From Acidobacteriota bacterium (GTDB taxonomy: Bacteria; Acidobacteriota; UBA6911; RPQK01; JAJDTT01): a stretch of 64,000 bases of DNA. Every line of letters begins with the position of its first letter. Within the stretch, counting starts at the first letter, position 1. The DNA is taken from contig OZ242374.1 of assembly GCA_965209055.1 (NCBI GenBank), positions 5,920,001 through 5,984,000 on the forward strand, given 5' to 3'. A program made the position numbers and the translations under genes. The notes below the pieces were generated by a model. The model was not told the DNA's origin, made no database searches, and saw only the letters and a list, made by a program, of their open reading frames with translations. Positions 10,025-18,984 of this stretch are shown piece after piece.

Positions 10025-10711
10025 CTATTCCTCCGTTCCCAGATAGGAGCGATCGACGCCCAGCAGAATCTTCAGGGAAAGGGAGACCACGCCCAAGCCG
10101 ATCCCGATGGTGATGGCCCTGTTCCCGGCCAGGTTGAAGATGTTCATGATGGTCTCGGAGAGGTTGGCGAATTGGAGAGGCTCGGGCAGCCATCCCGTCA
10201 ACGCCGTGCCGGCGTACGTCCTTCCCACCAGAACGATGAAGGCGGTGGAGAGCAGGATGATGGCCTCGGTGTTCTTGGCCCGGAAGGCCCGGAACGCGGC
10301 CGAGGCGATGAAGCAGGCCAGCAGGGCGAACATGGTGGCCCCCAGGGGATAGAAGGCATACTGGTAGATGAACCAGAAAGAGCTGCCCTCTTGAACGTAG
10401 TCCCCCGACCAGGCGAACTGGGGAAACTGGGCGCTGGGGTGGACGCCCATCTTGGCCATGCCCACCACCAGGGTCAGGAAGAAGGCGATGACGGTGACGG
10501 CTGCGTAGCCCCAGCCGGCCCGCCGGTCCGAGATCTTCTGCAGGTTGAGCTTCACCAGGTTGGCGCCTCCCAGAATGAAGGCGATTGCGGCCAGGATGTC
10601 GAACCAGATCATGGCCTCTTCGCCCCACGATTGGGTGTAGGGAACGAAGTGGGCGCCGATGAGGACGAATCCCGTCACCGCGGCAATGAGCAGGGGGAGA
10701 GTTCTCTTCAT
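10025..10711 (-). CDS. Multi-pass membrane protein (glmL-like operon)
   Basis: About 6 TM helices; PLGATMFALLACFIASAAFRAFR. Confidence 0.75.
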   Translation of the reverse strand: MKRTLPLLIAAVTGFVLIGAHFVPYTQSWGEEAMIWFDILAAIAFILGGANLVKLNLQKISDRRAGWGYAAVTVIAFFLTLVVGMAKMGVHPSAQFPQFAWSGDYVQEGSSFWFIYQYAFYPLGATMFALLACFIASAAFRAFRAKNTEAIILLSTAFIVLVGRTYAGTALTGWLPEPLQFANLSETIMNIFNLAGNRAITIGIGLGVVSLSLKILLGVDRSYLGTEE

Positions 10712-10723
10712 AGCGTGCTTTCC

Positions 10724-11944
10724 TTACCAGCCCTGGTTGCCCAGGACGTTGTCGGTCAAATACGTCAGCACCTGGCCCAGAACCGGCGCATCGGTCAGGA
10801 CCGCGACGGTGGAGAGCAGGCATCCGACCACCACCAGCGTTCCACCCAGGACCTTTCCCACGTCCTGGCCCTTGAGGCTGCCCAGTTGGTGGCTCTCCCC
10901 GGAGAGGTAGGCCGAGGCGGCGAACAGCTCCTCCCCGATGAGGGTGTAGTCGCACGCCGCCACGAAGAAGGGGAGTTGCGAGGGCATGGCGGTCCCGGCC
11001 ACCTGGATGGCGCCGACGGCGTTTCCGGTCTCGGCCAGAATCAGCGACTCGGCAAAGAAAGCGCCCATGTAGAAGCAGGCCGCCGGCCGCTCCCGGAGCA
11101 TCTTCCCGGTGACGCCCGCCACATAGCCGAACTGCTCGTCCGTCAGGTAGTAGACCGAGTCTTCGTTGAAGGCATCGGGACGGCCCGCCCCCAGGTAGGC
11201 CGCCTCCACCGTCTCCCGGCAGGCGGTCATGACCAGGGAACGGGAAGTGGGCACGTCCAGCCGGGCGTCGAACTCGGCCGTCAGTCCCGCCACCCGCGAC
11301 AGGACCGTCACGCCGGCGAGGGTCTGCATGTCGTTGATGTCCAGGATTCCCGGGACGTAAAGGCAGGGACGGCCCATTTCGGTAGCCCGCCCCACTGCCT
11401 CATCCACCGCTTCCAGCCCGGCGATCCGGCGGACCTTCAATTCCCGTCCGCTCCGGGCCAGTTGGATGTAATAAACGACGCTGCCCCCCACGATCAGCAG
11501 GACCACGCCGAACCAGAATTGGGAAAAGTCGAAGTACTGCATCACCGGCGTCACCGGACTCACGGTGGCGGCGGCGGGCGATCGCGCGCCGGCCGGGCCC
11601 AACGCCACAACCTGGTAGAAGTAGCTGGCTCCCCGCGTGCACCGGTCGTCCTTGAAGGACCGGGTCTGGTAGGTCTCTTCTCCGATCTTGGCGAACGCCT
11701 CCTCGCCCGCTTCGCGCCTCAGGATCTCGTAGCCGACGACCAATCGTTCGGCGGGCCGGGGTTGGTCGTCGGGGGACAGCTCCCACTCGATCCGCACCGC
11801 CTCCCCGGCGTCGTTGGGAAAGTCGGCGGCCCGGACATCACCGGGCGGCCGGGGGGATTGGGCCAGGATCGGGGAGGCCCCGCCCCCAAGGACGAGACCG
11901 GCGGCCAGCACCGACAAGAAAATCGATTTGTCCATCGTAATCAC
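10724..11944 (-). CDS. Fibronectin-III plus DUF6754-like membrane protein (glmL-like operon)
   Basis: Signal peptide, FN3-like W..GYEILR..YFYQVVA, TM helix, then RRIAGLEAVDEAVGRATEMGRP and DYTLIGEELFAASAYL; domain name from recall. Confidence 0.7.
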   Translation of the reverse strand: MITMDKSIFLSVLAAGLVLGGGASPILAQSPRPPGDVRAADFPNDAGEAVRIEWELSPDDQPRPAERLVVGYEILRREAGEEAFAKIGEETYQTRSFKDDRCTRGASYFYQVVALGPAGARSPAAATVSPVTPVMQYFDFSQFWFGVVLLIVGGSVVYYIQLARSGRELKVRRIAGLEAVDEAVGRATEMGRPCLYVPGILDINDMQTLAGVTVLSRVAGLTAEFDARLDVPTSRSLVMTACRETVEAAYLGAGRPDAFNEDSVYYLTDEQFGYVAGVTGKMLRERPAACFYMGAFFAESLILAETGNAVGAIQVAGTAMPSQLPFFVAACDYTLIGEELFAASAYLSGESHQLGSLKGQDVGKVLGGTLVVVGCLLSTVAVLTDAPVLGQVLTYLTDNVLGNQGW

Positions 11945-13065
11945 GCCTCAATCAGTTCCACGTTGGCCCGCGGCACCACCAGCCGGCGGCCCGACTCCAA
12001 TCGTACCTCCAGGACCCGCGCCCGTGAACCGGATCCCAGAATCCGGGGTTCTGCCGGGAGCCCGGAAACCACGCCGATCAATCCGAAATACGGGTCCCGG
12101 ATGACCCGGACCGGCGTCCCCAATTCCAGCAGGCCGGCAGGGCGAGCGGCGTCCACTTCACCCGCGGTTCCGTCAGGCGACGGAATCACGATCTCCGGCC
12201 GCTGGACTCCGGCCCGGATCTGAGTGGCGCCGTTGACCGACGCCGGGTCCCCTTCCCGGGAGGCCAGCAACCGGAAGGTCTTGCGGGCCATGGCGATGGT
12301 TCCGAAACCCTCGGTGATGATCAGGGTCGTGGCCACCGGTTCCGATCCGGTGACTGCGACCCCCAGGTCGTAGCCGAGGATCTGCCGCAGGTCCGCATCG
12401 TCCATGCCTCCCGAGACCAGAGCCGAGATTCCGATCCGAAACGCCTTGCGGACGGCGCCTCCCGTCATCCGGCTGCCACCCACGACGACGGCGCCCCGCA
12501 TCCCCTCGTCCAGCCGGCCGGCCGTCAACTCTTCCTTCTCGTCCCGGCAGGCCATTCGCACCGGTCCGAACGCCTCGCCCCCGATCCCGAAGATCCCCTG
12601 GATGAAGGTGGCGTCCGACTCCAGCACGACGCCTTCTCCCGGGATCTCTTCGACCACCTGGCCGGCCAGATAGGCCAGGACCCGGACCGGGATCGGTTCT
12701 CCGCGAATGATGACCTGACCCGTGACCTGGGAAATGGACTCGATGGTCCCCGGGACCCTGGCCCTGCACTCCGACTTGAACATCCCGAAAATGCCCTTGG
12801 TCCGGGCCAGCGCCTCGCCGGTTTCCACTCGCATACCAGGCTCTTTGAGCATGCATTCGGGGACGTCCGCGGGAGGCAGCGACAGGAGGTTGGCCACGTT
12901 GACCGGGGTGATGTTACCCGGCATGAAGGTCTGGGCGACCACGTCCCGGGAACCCACCCGCTGTCCGGTGCGAACCAGAACCTCGCCCTTGATGGGCAGG
13001 ATCCGACGGCACCGGTATCGGGTGCGGGGACTGACCTTCAGACCGGGCGTGTAAGCATGGGCCAT
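11941..13065 (-). CDS. Soluble protein with barrel-sandwich-hybrid (biotinyl/lipoyl-like) repeats and C-terminal KOW-like motif
   Basis: GEVLVRTGQRV; GMRVETGEALA...ARVPGTIESIS; LGTPVRVIRDPYFGLIGVV. Confidence 0.65.
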   Translation of the reverse strand: MAHAYTPGLKVSPRTRYRCRRILPIKGEVLVRTGQRVGSRDVVAQTFMPGNITPVNVANLLSLPPADVPECMLKEPGMRVETGEALARTKGIFGMFKSECRARVPGTIESISQVTGQVIIRGEPIPVRVLAYLAGQVVEEIPGEGVVLESDATFIQGIFGIGGEAFGPVRMACRDEKEELTAGRLDEGMRGAVVVGGSRMTGGAVRKAFRIGISALVSGGMDDADLRQILGYDLGVAVTGSEPVATTLIITEGFGTIAMARKTFRLLASREGDPASVNGATQIRAGVQRPEIVIPSPDGTAGEVDAARPAGLLELGTPVRVIRDPYFGLIGVVSGLPAEPRILGSGSRARVLEVRLESGRRLVVPRANVELIEA

Positions 13066-13086
13066 ACTGCGTCGACCTCGCCACTC

Positions 13087-14898
13087 CTATGCCGGGACCG
13101 GGGGGACCAGATCCAGATCCCGGACCCATTGATCCATGGCCTTGCGGCAGGCCTCTCGATCGTCGGGCAGCGACAGAGGGCGGCCTCTGGCGTCCAGCAG
13201 GACTCCCACCGTCCCACCCCTGAGCTCACCCTCCACGGGCCGGCCGGGACCCGCCCCCGCGTCCACCTTCCGCGCCGGCTCCACCACGATTCGGGCGCCG
13301 GCTCCCAGACCCAACGGCAGCCTCCTGACTTCGCCGAAGGAGAGGACGCCCTCCTCCTCCAGACCGCCGGAGATGGCGTATCGGAACGCCGGGCTGCCCC
13401 AGGCGCCGGTTCCCCTGGGGGACACGCAGGTTCCCAGGGAGATGAGGCAATCCCTCTGGAACACCTGGAGCGCCGCCTCCGGATGGACCTGGGCCAGCAC
13501 GCCCAGGTGGGGCATCATGAAGATGCTGTCCTTGGCCAGCCAGGTGATCCCCTCGGGCTGAAAGGCGTCCACCAGGAGCGCCGCCGTCTGCTGCATCAGC
13601 GGAGCGTGGGAGAGGACTCCGCCCGAACCCACCAACAGATCCAGCTTCATATTGTCCACCAGGGTCTGGCCGCTGGCCTCCTGGCTGAAGGTGTCTCCCA
13701 CGGTCCTCTGCTGCTGCACCCCCTTGAGCGTGGTGGCGAACTGCTTGTGCTGGTCGTAGGCCAGGCGCAACGCCTCGCGGGCCACGGCCTGCTCGAAGAA
13801 GAGGGATTCCCGGGTCTGGGGAATCGTGGTGGGCCGGATCATCTTGTTCTTGACGTGGTTTCGCAGTTCCCCCTCCTCCATTTCCAAGTGGACCCAACGA
13901 AGGATGGAAGGCAGCGTCGCCTCGGCGCACACGTTGGAGATGGAGTAGCTCATTCCCAGGTTGGCGCTCACGGTCCGGTTGAAGGTGCCGTCGAAGACGC
14001 TGAAGACATCGGTGGTCGCTCCGCCGATGTCCACGCCCACCACGTTGATCCGCTGCTGTTCGGCAATCCTCTGGAGGATGTTTCCCACCGCGCCCGGCGT
14101 GGGCATGATGGGGGCGTCGGTCCAACGGATCAGGCGGTCGTACCCGGGGGCATGGGCCATGACGTGTTCCAGAAACAGGTCATGGATCCTGTCCCGGGCC
14201 GGTCCCAGATTCTCCCGTTCCAGGACCGGACGCAGGTTGGGAACGATGGAGAGCTGGACCGATTCGTCGAAGGTCTGCTCCACCAGCGGCGCCGCGTCCT
14301 GGTTCCCCGCGAAGATCACCGGCATCCGGTACTCGGCGCCGAAACGGGGCTGGGGCCGGGCCGGCGCGATGAGCTCGGCCATCTGCACGACGTGGCGGGT
14401 GGTTCCGCCGTCGGTTCCGCCCGAGATCAGCACCATGTCGGGCCGCAGCTCCCGGATCCGGTGGATCTGCTCGTGGGGAAGGCGGCGGTCATTGGAGGCC
14501 AGAACGTCCATGACGATGGCGCCGGCCCCCAGGGCCGCCCGCTTGGCGCTGGCGGCGGTCATCTCCCGGACCACGCCGGCCACCATCATCTGGAGGCCGC
14601 CGCCGGCGCTGGAAGTGGAGATGTAGAGGTCGCATCCTTCGCCGCCGGTCGCCGGCCTCAGGATCCGGCCCGCATCGTCGATGAGACGGCGCCCGGCCAT
14701 TTCGGCCACTTCGGCGACGGCGTTGACGACCCCCAGGGTGACGTCGGCCGCCGGTTCCTCCACGGTCGTGGGAGCCTCGCCCCGGTGGGTCTGCCGGTAC
14801 TCTCCGTCGACCTTCTGGATGAGGATGGCTTTGGTGGTGGTGCTCCCGCAGTCGGTGGCCAGGATCACGTTGACGGAGTCGGGATCGATCTGCTTCAT
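13087..14898 (-). CDS. GlmL/MutL-family (glutamate mutase L-like) actin-fold ATPase
   Basis: Phosphate-1 ATDCGSTTTKA, TSSAGGGLQM, GGTDGG, phosphate-2 VDIGGATTDV, GSGGVLSHAP; ATG 14898 overlaps upstream stop. Confidence 0.85.
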   Translation of the reverse strand: MKQIDPDSVNVILATDCGSTTTKAILIQKVDGEYRQTHRGEAPTTVEEPAADVTLGVVNAVAEVAEMAGRRLIDDAGRILRPATGGEGCDLYISTSSAGGGLQMMVAGVVREMTAASAKRAALGAGAIVMDVLASNDRRLPHEQIHRIRELRPDMVLISGGTDGGTTRHVVQMAELIAPARPQPRFGAEYRMPVIFAGNQDAAPLVEQTFDESVQLSIVPNLRPVLERENLGPARDRIHDLFLEHVMAHAPGYDRLIRWTDAPIMPTPGAVGNILQRIAEQQRINVVGVDIGGATTDVFSVFDGTFNRTVSANLGMSYSISNVCAEATLPSILRWVHLEMEEGELRNHVKNKMIRPTTIPQTRESLFFEQAVAREALRLAYDQHKQFATTLKGVQQQRTVGDTFSQEASGQTLVDNMKLDLLVGSGGVLSHAPLMQQTAALLVDAFQPEGITWLAKDSIFMMPHLGVLAQVHPEAALQVFQRDCLISLGTCVSPRGTGAWGSPAFRYAISGGLEEEGVLSFGEVRRLPLGLGAGARIVVEPARKVDAGAGPGRPVEGELRGGTVGVLLDARGRPLSLPDDREACRKAMDQWVRDLDLVPPVPA

Positions 14899-15236
14899 TT
14901 GCCAGCCGAGTCGAGTTCTTCGATCCGGCGACAAAGATAGTCCACCGAGCCCCGATGCTCAAGAAAGGCGGCCAGGTGCCGGTGCCCGTGGGACTGGGTG
15001 AGCCCCGAGAGCACGGGCGAAAGGAAATGCAAGAGCTGGGAACCCAGGAAGTTGAGGGGCCGGGACATTTCAAGAAACATGAGAGCCGGCGTCGCCAGCC
15101 GGCGCCGCACCAGCTCCCGGCAGATCCCGTCGGCCACCTGGCGCTGCTCGTCCGTGGGTTGGAATTCGGTTGGCGTATCTACGGCAAAGGCGTGCCGCCA
15201 ACCCTTTCGCGGCCTTCCCTCTTCTTTTTTCGCCAA
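14895..15236 (-). CDS. Small conserved hypothetical protein, first gene of glmL-like operon
   Basis: Likely TTG start at 15236 after GGGAG; LEMSRPLNFLGSQ..F..P helical motif; ATGA-coupled to ATPase. Confidence 0.65.
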   Translation of the reverse strand: MAKKEEGRPRKGWRHAFAVDTPTEFQPTDEQRQVADGICRELVRRRLATPALMFLEMSRPLNFLGSQLLHFLSPVLSGLTQSHGHRHLAAFLEHRGSVDYLCRRIEELDSAGK

Positions 15237-15246
15237 TCTGAGACTC

Positions 15247-15273
15247 CCAGGAATTATAACCCGAATTTCCTGG
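15247..15273 (-). promoter_or_regulatory. TATAAT -10 box of glmL-like operon within a CCAGGAA-N13-TTCCTGG inverted repeat
   Basis: Minus-strand TATAAT at 15253-15258; perfect 7-bp inverted repeat at 15247-15253 / 15267-15273. Confidence 0.5.
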
Positions 15274-15396
15274 AACTTGAGAATCGCATCCAGGCTCACC
15301 ATGCTTTACACTGCGAGAGCAGCTGCTACCCTACACCGGTTGATCAGAGGGTGAGGACGCCGGGAGCAGGCTCCCATACTCGCAAGGAGAAACGAT

Positions 15397-16341
15397 ATGA
15401 AACTAGCCACGTGCAGCCTGGAGGACCGGTCCTTCGTCGCCGTAGCCACGGACGACGGACGGGTCGTGGATCTCGCTGCCGCCGACGCCGAGCTGGCCCG
15501 CAAGGAGGAGCGGCCTCCCCACGCGTTCTTCCGCGACATGATCGACTTTCTGGAACATGGGACCCAGGCCCGGGAGGCTGCCGACAAGGCCGTCCGGGAA
15601 GGCCTGGACGGATCCGCTGCGCACCCCCTTTCCGGCGTGCGCCTGCGGGCTCCGGTGCCGGTTCCCCGGAAGCTCTTCTGCCTCGCCGGCAACTTCCAGG
15701 ACCACATCGAGGAAGGCGGCGGGAAGATGGACTCCCAGGACAAGGAGACCCCGCGCTTCTTCATGAAGCCCGCCAGCACCTGCGTGATCGGTCCTGAGGA
15801 CAGCATCCGGATTCCACCCGTGGCCCGGGCCATGGACTGGGAGGGAGAGCTGGCCGTGGTTCTGGGCCGGCGGTGCAAAAGGGTCTCCCGGGACCAGGCT
15901 CTCGACTACGTCGCCGGATACACCATCATGAATGACGTGTCGGAGCGGAAGCTCAAGATCTGGCCCCGAAGTGAGGACCGCCCCCAGGACAGGTGGTTCG
16001 ATTGGCTCAACGGGAAGTGGCTGGATTCCGCGGCACCCATGGGACCCTGGATCGTCACCACCGACGAGATCCGGGACCCCCAGACCCTGATGATCAGCAC
16101 CTACGTCAACGGAGACAGAAAGCAGCACAACAGCACCAGCCAGATGCTGATTTCCGTGGCCGCGCTCATCGAGTACATCTCGGCCATCGTCATGCTGGAG
16201 CCGGGAGACGTGATCAGCACCGGCACCGTCTCCGGCGTCGGAAACGTCACCGGGGAGTACCTCAAACCGGGAGACCGGGTGGAGGTGGACATCTCGAGAA
16301 TCGGCCTGTTGTCAAACCCGGTCGCCGCCAGTTCCAGCTGA
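15397..16341 (+). CDS. Fumarylacetoacetate hydrolase family protein
   Basis: MDWEGELAVV, GYTIMNDVSER, GK, PGDVISTGT. Confidence 0.92.
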   Translation: MKLATCSLEDRSFVAVATDDGRVVDLAAADAELARKEERPPHAFFRDMIDFLEHGTQAREAADKAVREGLDGSAAHPLSGVRLRAPVPVPRKLFCLAGNFQDHIEEGGGKMDSQDKETPRFFMKPASTCVIGPEDSIRIPPVARAMDWEGELAVVLGRRCKRVSRDQALDYVAGYTIMNDVSERKLKIWPRSEDRPQDRWFDWLNGKWLDSAAPMGPWIVTTDEIRDPQTLMISTYVNGDRKQHNSTSQMLISVAALIEYISAIVMLEPGDVISTGTVSGVGNVTGEYLKPGDRVEVDISRIGLLSNPVAASSS

Positions 16342-16396
16342 CCGTCCGCCGACCAACCGTTTTTCAATCCTGATTCGCAATGAGGTAAGGCTACTC

Positions 16397-16906
16397 ATGG
16401 CTCGATACATCGAAATCACTCTCAAAAAGCGCGGGATCAGTTGCGTCGCCCTTCTGTTGGACGAGAAGGCGCCCCGGACCTGCGAGGCGGTCTGGAATGC
16501 CCTCCCCCAGGAGGGAGAGGTGTACCACGCCAAGTACGCCAGCAACGAGATCTACATCCTGGTCCCCGGCTTCGCTCCCGAAGAGCCGGGACCCGAGAAC
16601 TGCTCGATGGTTCCGGCGGCGGGAGATGTCATGTATTTCACGCTGGGGCCCGGCCTCCAACTGCCGGTCCGGTCCGATTCGGAGGCTCCGGTCATCGACC
16701 TGGCCGTGTTCTACGACCGGGACAATCTGCTCCTCTCGCCCAAAATGGGGCCGACGCCCGGAAACGTCTTCGCCACCATCATCAAGAACCGGGACGGCAT
16801 ACGCGACGGGGGCAACAGCGTTTGGCGCGAAGGGGCGGTGGGAGAAACGCTCTCCTACAGCCGCCTCGAGGGAGACGCGTTGCGGGCCTGGGGCATCGAG
16901 CCGTAG
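16397..16906 (+). CDS. DUF3830-like (cyclophilin-like fold) protein
   Basis: APRTCEAVWNALP, HAKYASNEIY, PGPEN pattern; family name from recall. Confidence 0.7.
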   Translation: MARYIEITLKKRGISCVALLLDEKAPRTCEAVWNALPQEGEVYHAKYASNEIYILVPGFAPEEPGPENCSMVPAAGDVMYFTLGPGLQLPVRSDSEAPVIDLAVFYDRDNLLLSPKMGPTPGNVFATIIKNRDGIRDGGNSVWREGAVGETLSYSRLEGDALRAWGIEP

Positions 16907-16946
16907 CCGGCGGAATTCAGAATCGCATCGGCCGGGCCGTCCGGCC

Positions 16947-17912
16947 TCAGACGTGGATTCCGGGCCAGGCCTGTCGAATCCGCTCTTCCAGAATCGACTC
17001 CGGCGCCGGGTTTTCCAGCCGCAGCCGGTCCGTCGCATCCTTGTCCAGAGCGTCCCGGGGAGCCAGGCCCACGATCTCCGAGGAGGAGACCCGGGTGCCC
17101 ATCGCGCGGGCAAGCCGGTCCGTAGCCTCGAAGAGCCGGACCAGCGAAGTCCTGCGGTAGTCGGTGAGATTGGTGCTGACCTGCGCCCGGTTCCGGCTCC
17201 CGATCCACAACCCCAGCGCCCTGACGCCGGGTAGCCCTCCGTCCCGTTCCCGGATCCGGGCAGCCACTTCGCGGGCCGCGGCCGGATCCGGATCTTCGAG
17301 GTACATGTTGTAGGCGATCAGGTAGTCCCGCGCTCCGACGCAGGTGACACCGGCCGTGGGATGGGCGCGCGGCGGGCCGAAGTCGGGCGTCCAGTCCGGG
17401 TCCCTGGCCATGCGCCGGCGCAGGGCCTCCAGTCCTCCCCGCCGCAACTCCGCCAGGGATCTTAGCGGCCGGCGGGTCGCCGCCCGCTCATAGAGATAGA
17501 CCGGGAGTTGGATCTCTTCCGCCAAGGCCCTTCCCAGGCGGCGGGCGCTCCGGATGCAGTCGGACATGGAGACTCCGCGGATGGGAACGAACGGAATGAC
17601 GTCCACGGCGCCGATCCGGGGATGGACGCCCTGATGGCGGGAAAGGTCCAGGAGGCCGACGGCCCGGCGGCACAATGCGGCCGCGGCCTGTTCAAGGCCC
17701 GGAAGGGAGCCTGCCAAGGTGAAGACGGTCCGATGGTGGTCGACGTCGGCGTCCCAGTGGAGCAGAGCGGCGCCGGGCGGCGCCGCCGCGGTCCGGGCCA
17801 GTTCGCGGAGGCAGGTCTGGTCGCGGCCCTCGCTGACGTTGATGACGCACTCGGCTAGTGGCGGCGATTCCGGTCCGGTGCGGTGGACCTGTTTTCGCAT
17901 ACGTTCCGACAT
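16947..17912 (-). CDS. ftcD: Glutamate formiminotransferase (FtcD N-terminal domain only)
   Basis: ECVINVSEGRD, DVDHHRTVFT, HQGVHPRIGAVDVIPFVP, GARDYLIAYN; start at 17912 or 17900. Confidence 0.88.
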   Translation of the reverse strand: MSERMRKQVHRTGPESPPLAECVINVSEGRDQTCLRELARTAAAPPGAALLHWDADVDHHRTVFTLAGSLPGLEQAAAALCRRAVGLLDLSRHQGVHPRIGAVDVIPFVPIRGVSMSDCIRSARRLGRALAEEIQLPVYLYERAATRRPLRSLAELRRGGLEALRRRMARDPDWTPDFGPPRAHPTAGVTCVGARDYLIAYNMYLEDPDPAAAREVAARIRERDGGLPGVRALGLWIGSRNRAQVSTNLTDYRRTSLVRLFEATDRLARAMGTRVSSSEIVGLAPRDALDKDATDRLRLENPAPESILEERIRQAWPGIHV

Positions 17913-17997
17913 ACTGCCGGCCAGTCTAGTTCCAGGCCGGGGCGATTCTCCAGGAGAGGAGGTTGGAGGATGTGTAAAGGGAGGACTGGCGTTCCCG

Positions 17998-18921
17998 CTA
18001 ATTTTCCTCATCGGCGACAAGGATGTCGCCGCTCCCGGCGACAAGGATGCCACCGCTCCCGGCGACCGGGATGTTGCCGGTCCATTCGCTGCTCCGTTGG
18101 ACTACGCGGGCTACTGTGAGGATCAGGATCCGGCCCGCCTTGCCGTCCCGCTTGAGGACCTTGCAAATCTCGCGGACGGTGGCGCCCGTGGTGAGTATGT
18201 CGTCCACCAGGACGAGATCCTCACCCCTGAGTCGCCGCGCCTGCCGGAGGCGGAAGGCGTTGCGGACATTTCTCCTTCGAGCCACCAGGTCGAGTCCGGA
18301 CTGGGGCAGCGTCGGACGCGACCGGCGGAGGCCCGGGAACACCGGCAGGTCCAGTCTTCGAGCCAGGGTTCGAGTCAGCAGGAGTGTCTGGTCGAATCCC
18401 CGTTTTCTCCGGCGCCGCGGATGGGAAGGGACCGGCACCAGGCAGGAAGGAGAGAAGGGATCGGGCCGTGCCCGGTAGGCTTTCTCGAGCAGGGAAGACA
18501 GAGGATGCGCCAATCGGCGGTGGCCGGAGAACTTGAAGCGATGGATCAGTTTTCTCAGGGTTCCGGCGTACGGTCCCCAGGCCCGGGTCGAGTGATGGAA
18601 GGTTCGCTGCTCCCGGCAGTTCGCGCAGGGTCTTGGAGTCCCGGGATCAGTTTCCGGATTCGGAATCGGCAATTCCCCGGTGGGTGCAGGCAAGCCGCAT
18701 ATCGGACAGAGGCTGCGCCGGAACCGGGGCACTCGCAGAAAGCATTCGGCACAAAGGGGGCTGGCGTCCCAATTGGCGACCCAGCGGCTGCATAGGACAC
18801 AGCTTTGGGGGAAAAAGAGGACCTGGAGGACTTGGAGGAACGGCGCGCACCAAGTCCGCCGGGACGGCCCCGGCACCGTGGCCCCTGCGTCGCCGGATCT
18901 GGTTTCCGGACTGGAAGACAC
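17998..18921 (-). CDS. comF: ComF family phosphoribosyltransferase-like protein
   Basis: Double zinc-ribbon CxxC pairs, VPVPSH..RR.KRGFDQ, LVDDILTTGAT. Confidence 0.88.
   Translation of the reverse strand: MSSSPETRSGDAGATVPGPSRRTWCAPFLQVLQVLFFPQSCVLCSRWVANWDASPLCAECFLRVPRFRRSLCPICGLPAPTGELPIPNPETDPGTPRPCANCREQRTFHHSTRAWGPYAGTLRKLIHRFKFSGHRRLAHPLSSLLEKAYRARPDPFSPSCLVPVPSHPRRRRKRGFDQTLLLTRTLARRLDLPVFPGLRRSRPTLPQSGLDLVARRRNVRNAFRLRQARRLRGEDLVLVDDILTTGATVREICKVLKRDGKAGRILILTVARVVQRSSEWTGNIPVAGSGGILVAGSGDILVADEEN
18013..18084. repeat. Three tandem 24-bp REP-like hairpin units (GGCGACAAGGATGTCGCCGCTCCC)
   Basis: Units at 18013, 18037 and 18061; the first is a perfect GGCGACA-AGGA-TGTCGCC stem-loop, the others are degenerate. 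Confidence 0.85.
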
Positions 18922-18984
18922 ACCAATCCGAACGTCTGACCCGGAAAACCTGCGACGAGAGTTGGGAATCCCCCAGGAGGTCTG

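Noticed and set aside
13087-14898. Glutamate fermentation (methylaspartate) pathway locus, or DNA-repair MutL
   Set aside because: No glmS/glmE/mal genes in the window; motifs are ASKHA-type, not the GHKL fold of mismatch-repair MutL
18013-18084. Possible CRISPR array
   Set aside because: Units are contiguous with no spacers and no cas genes; fits a REP-like cluster
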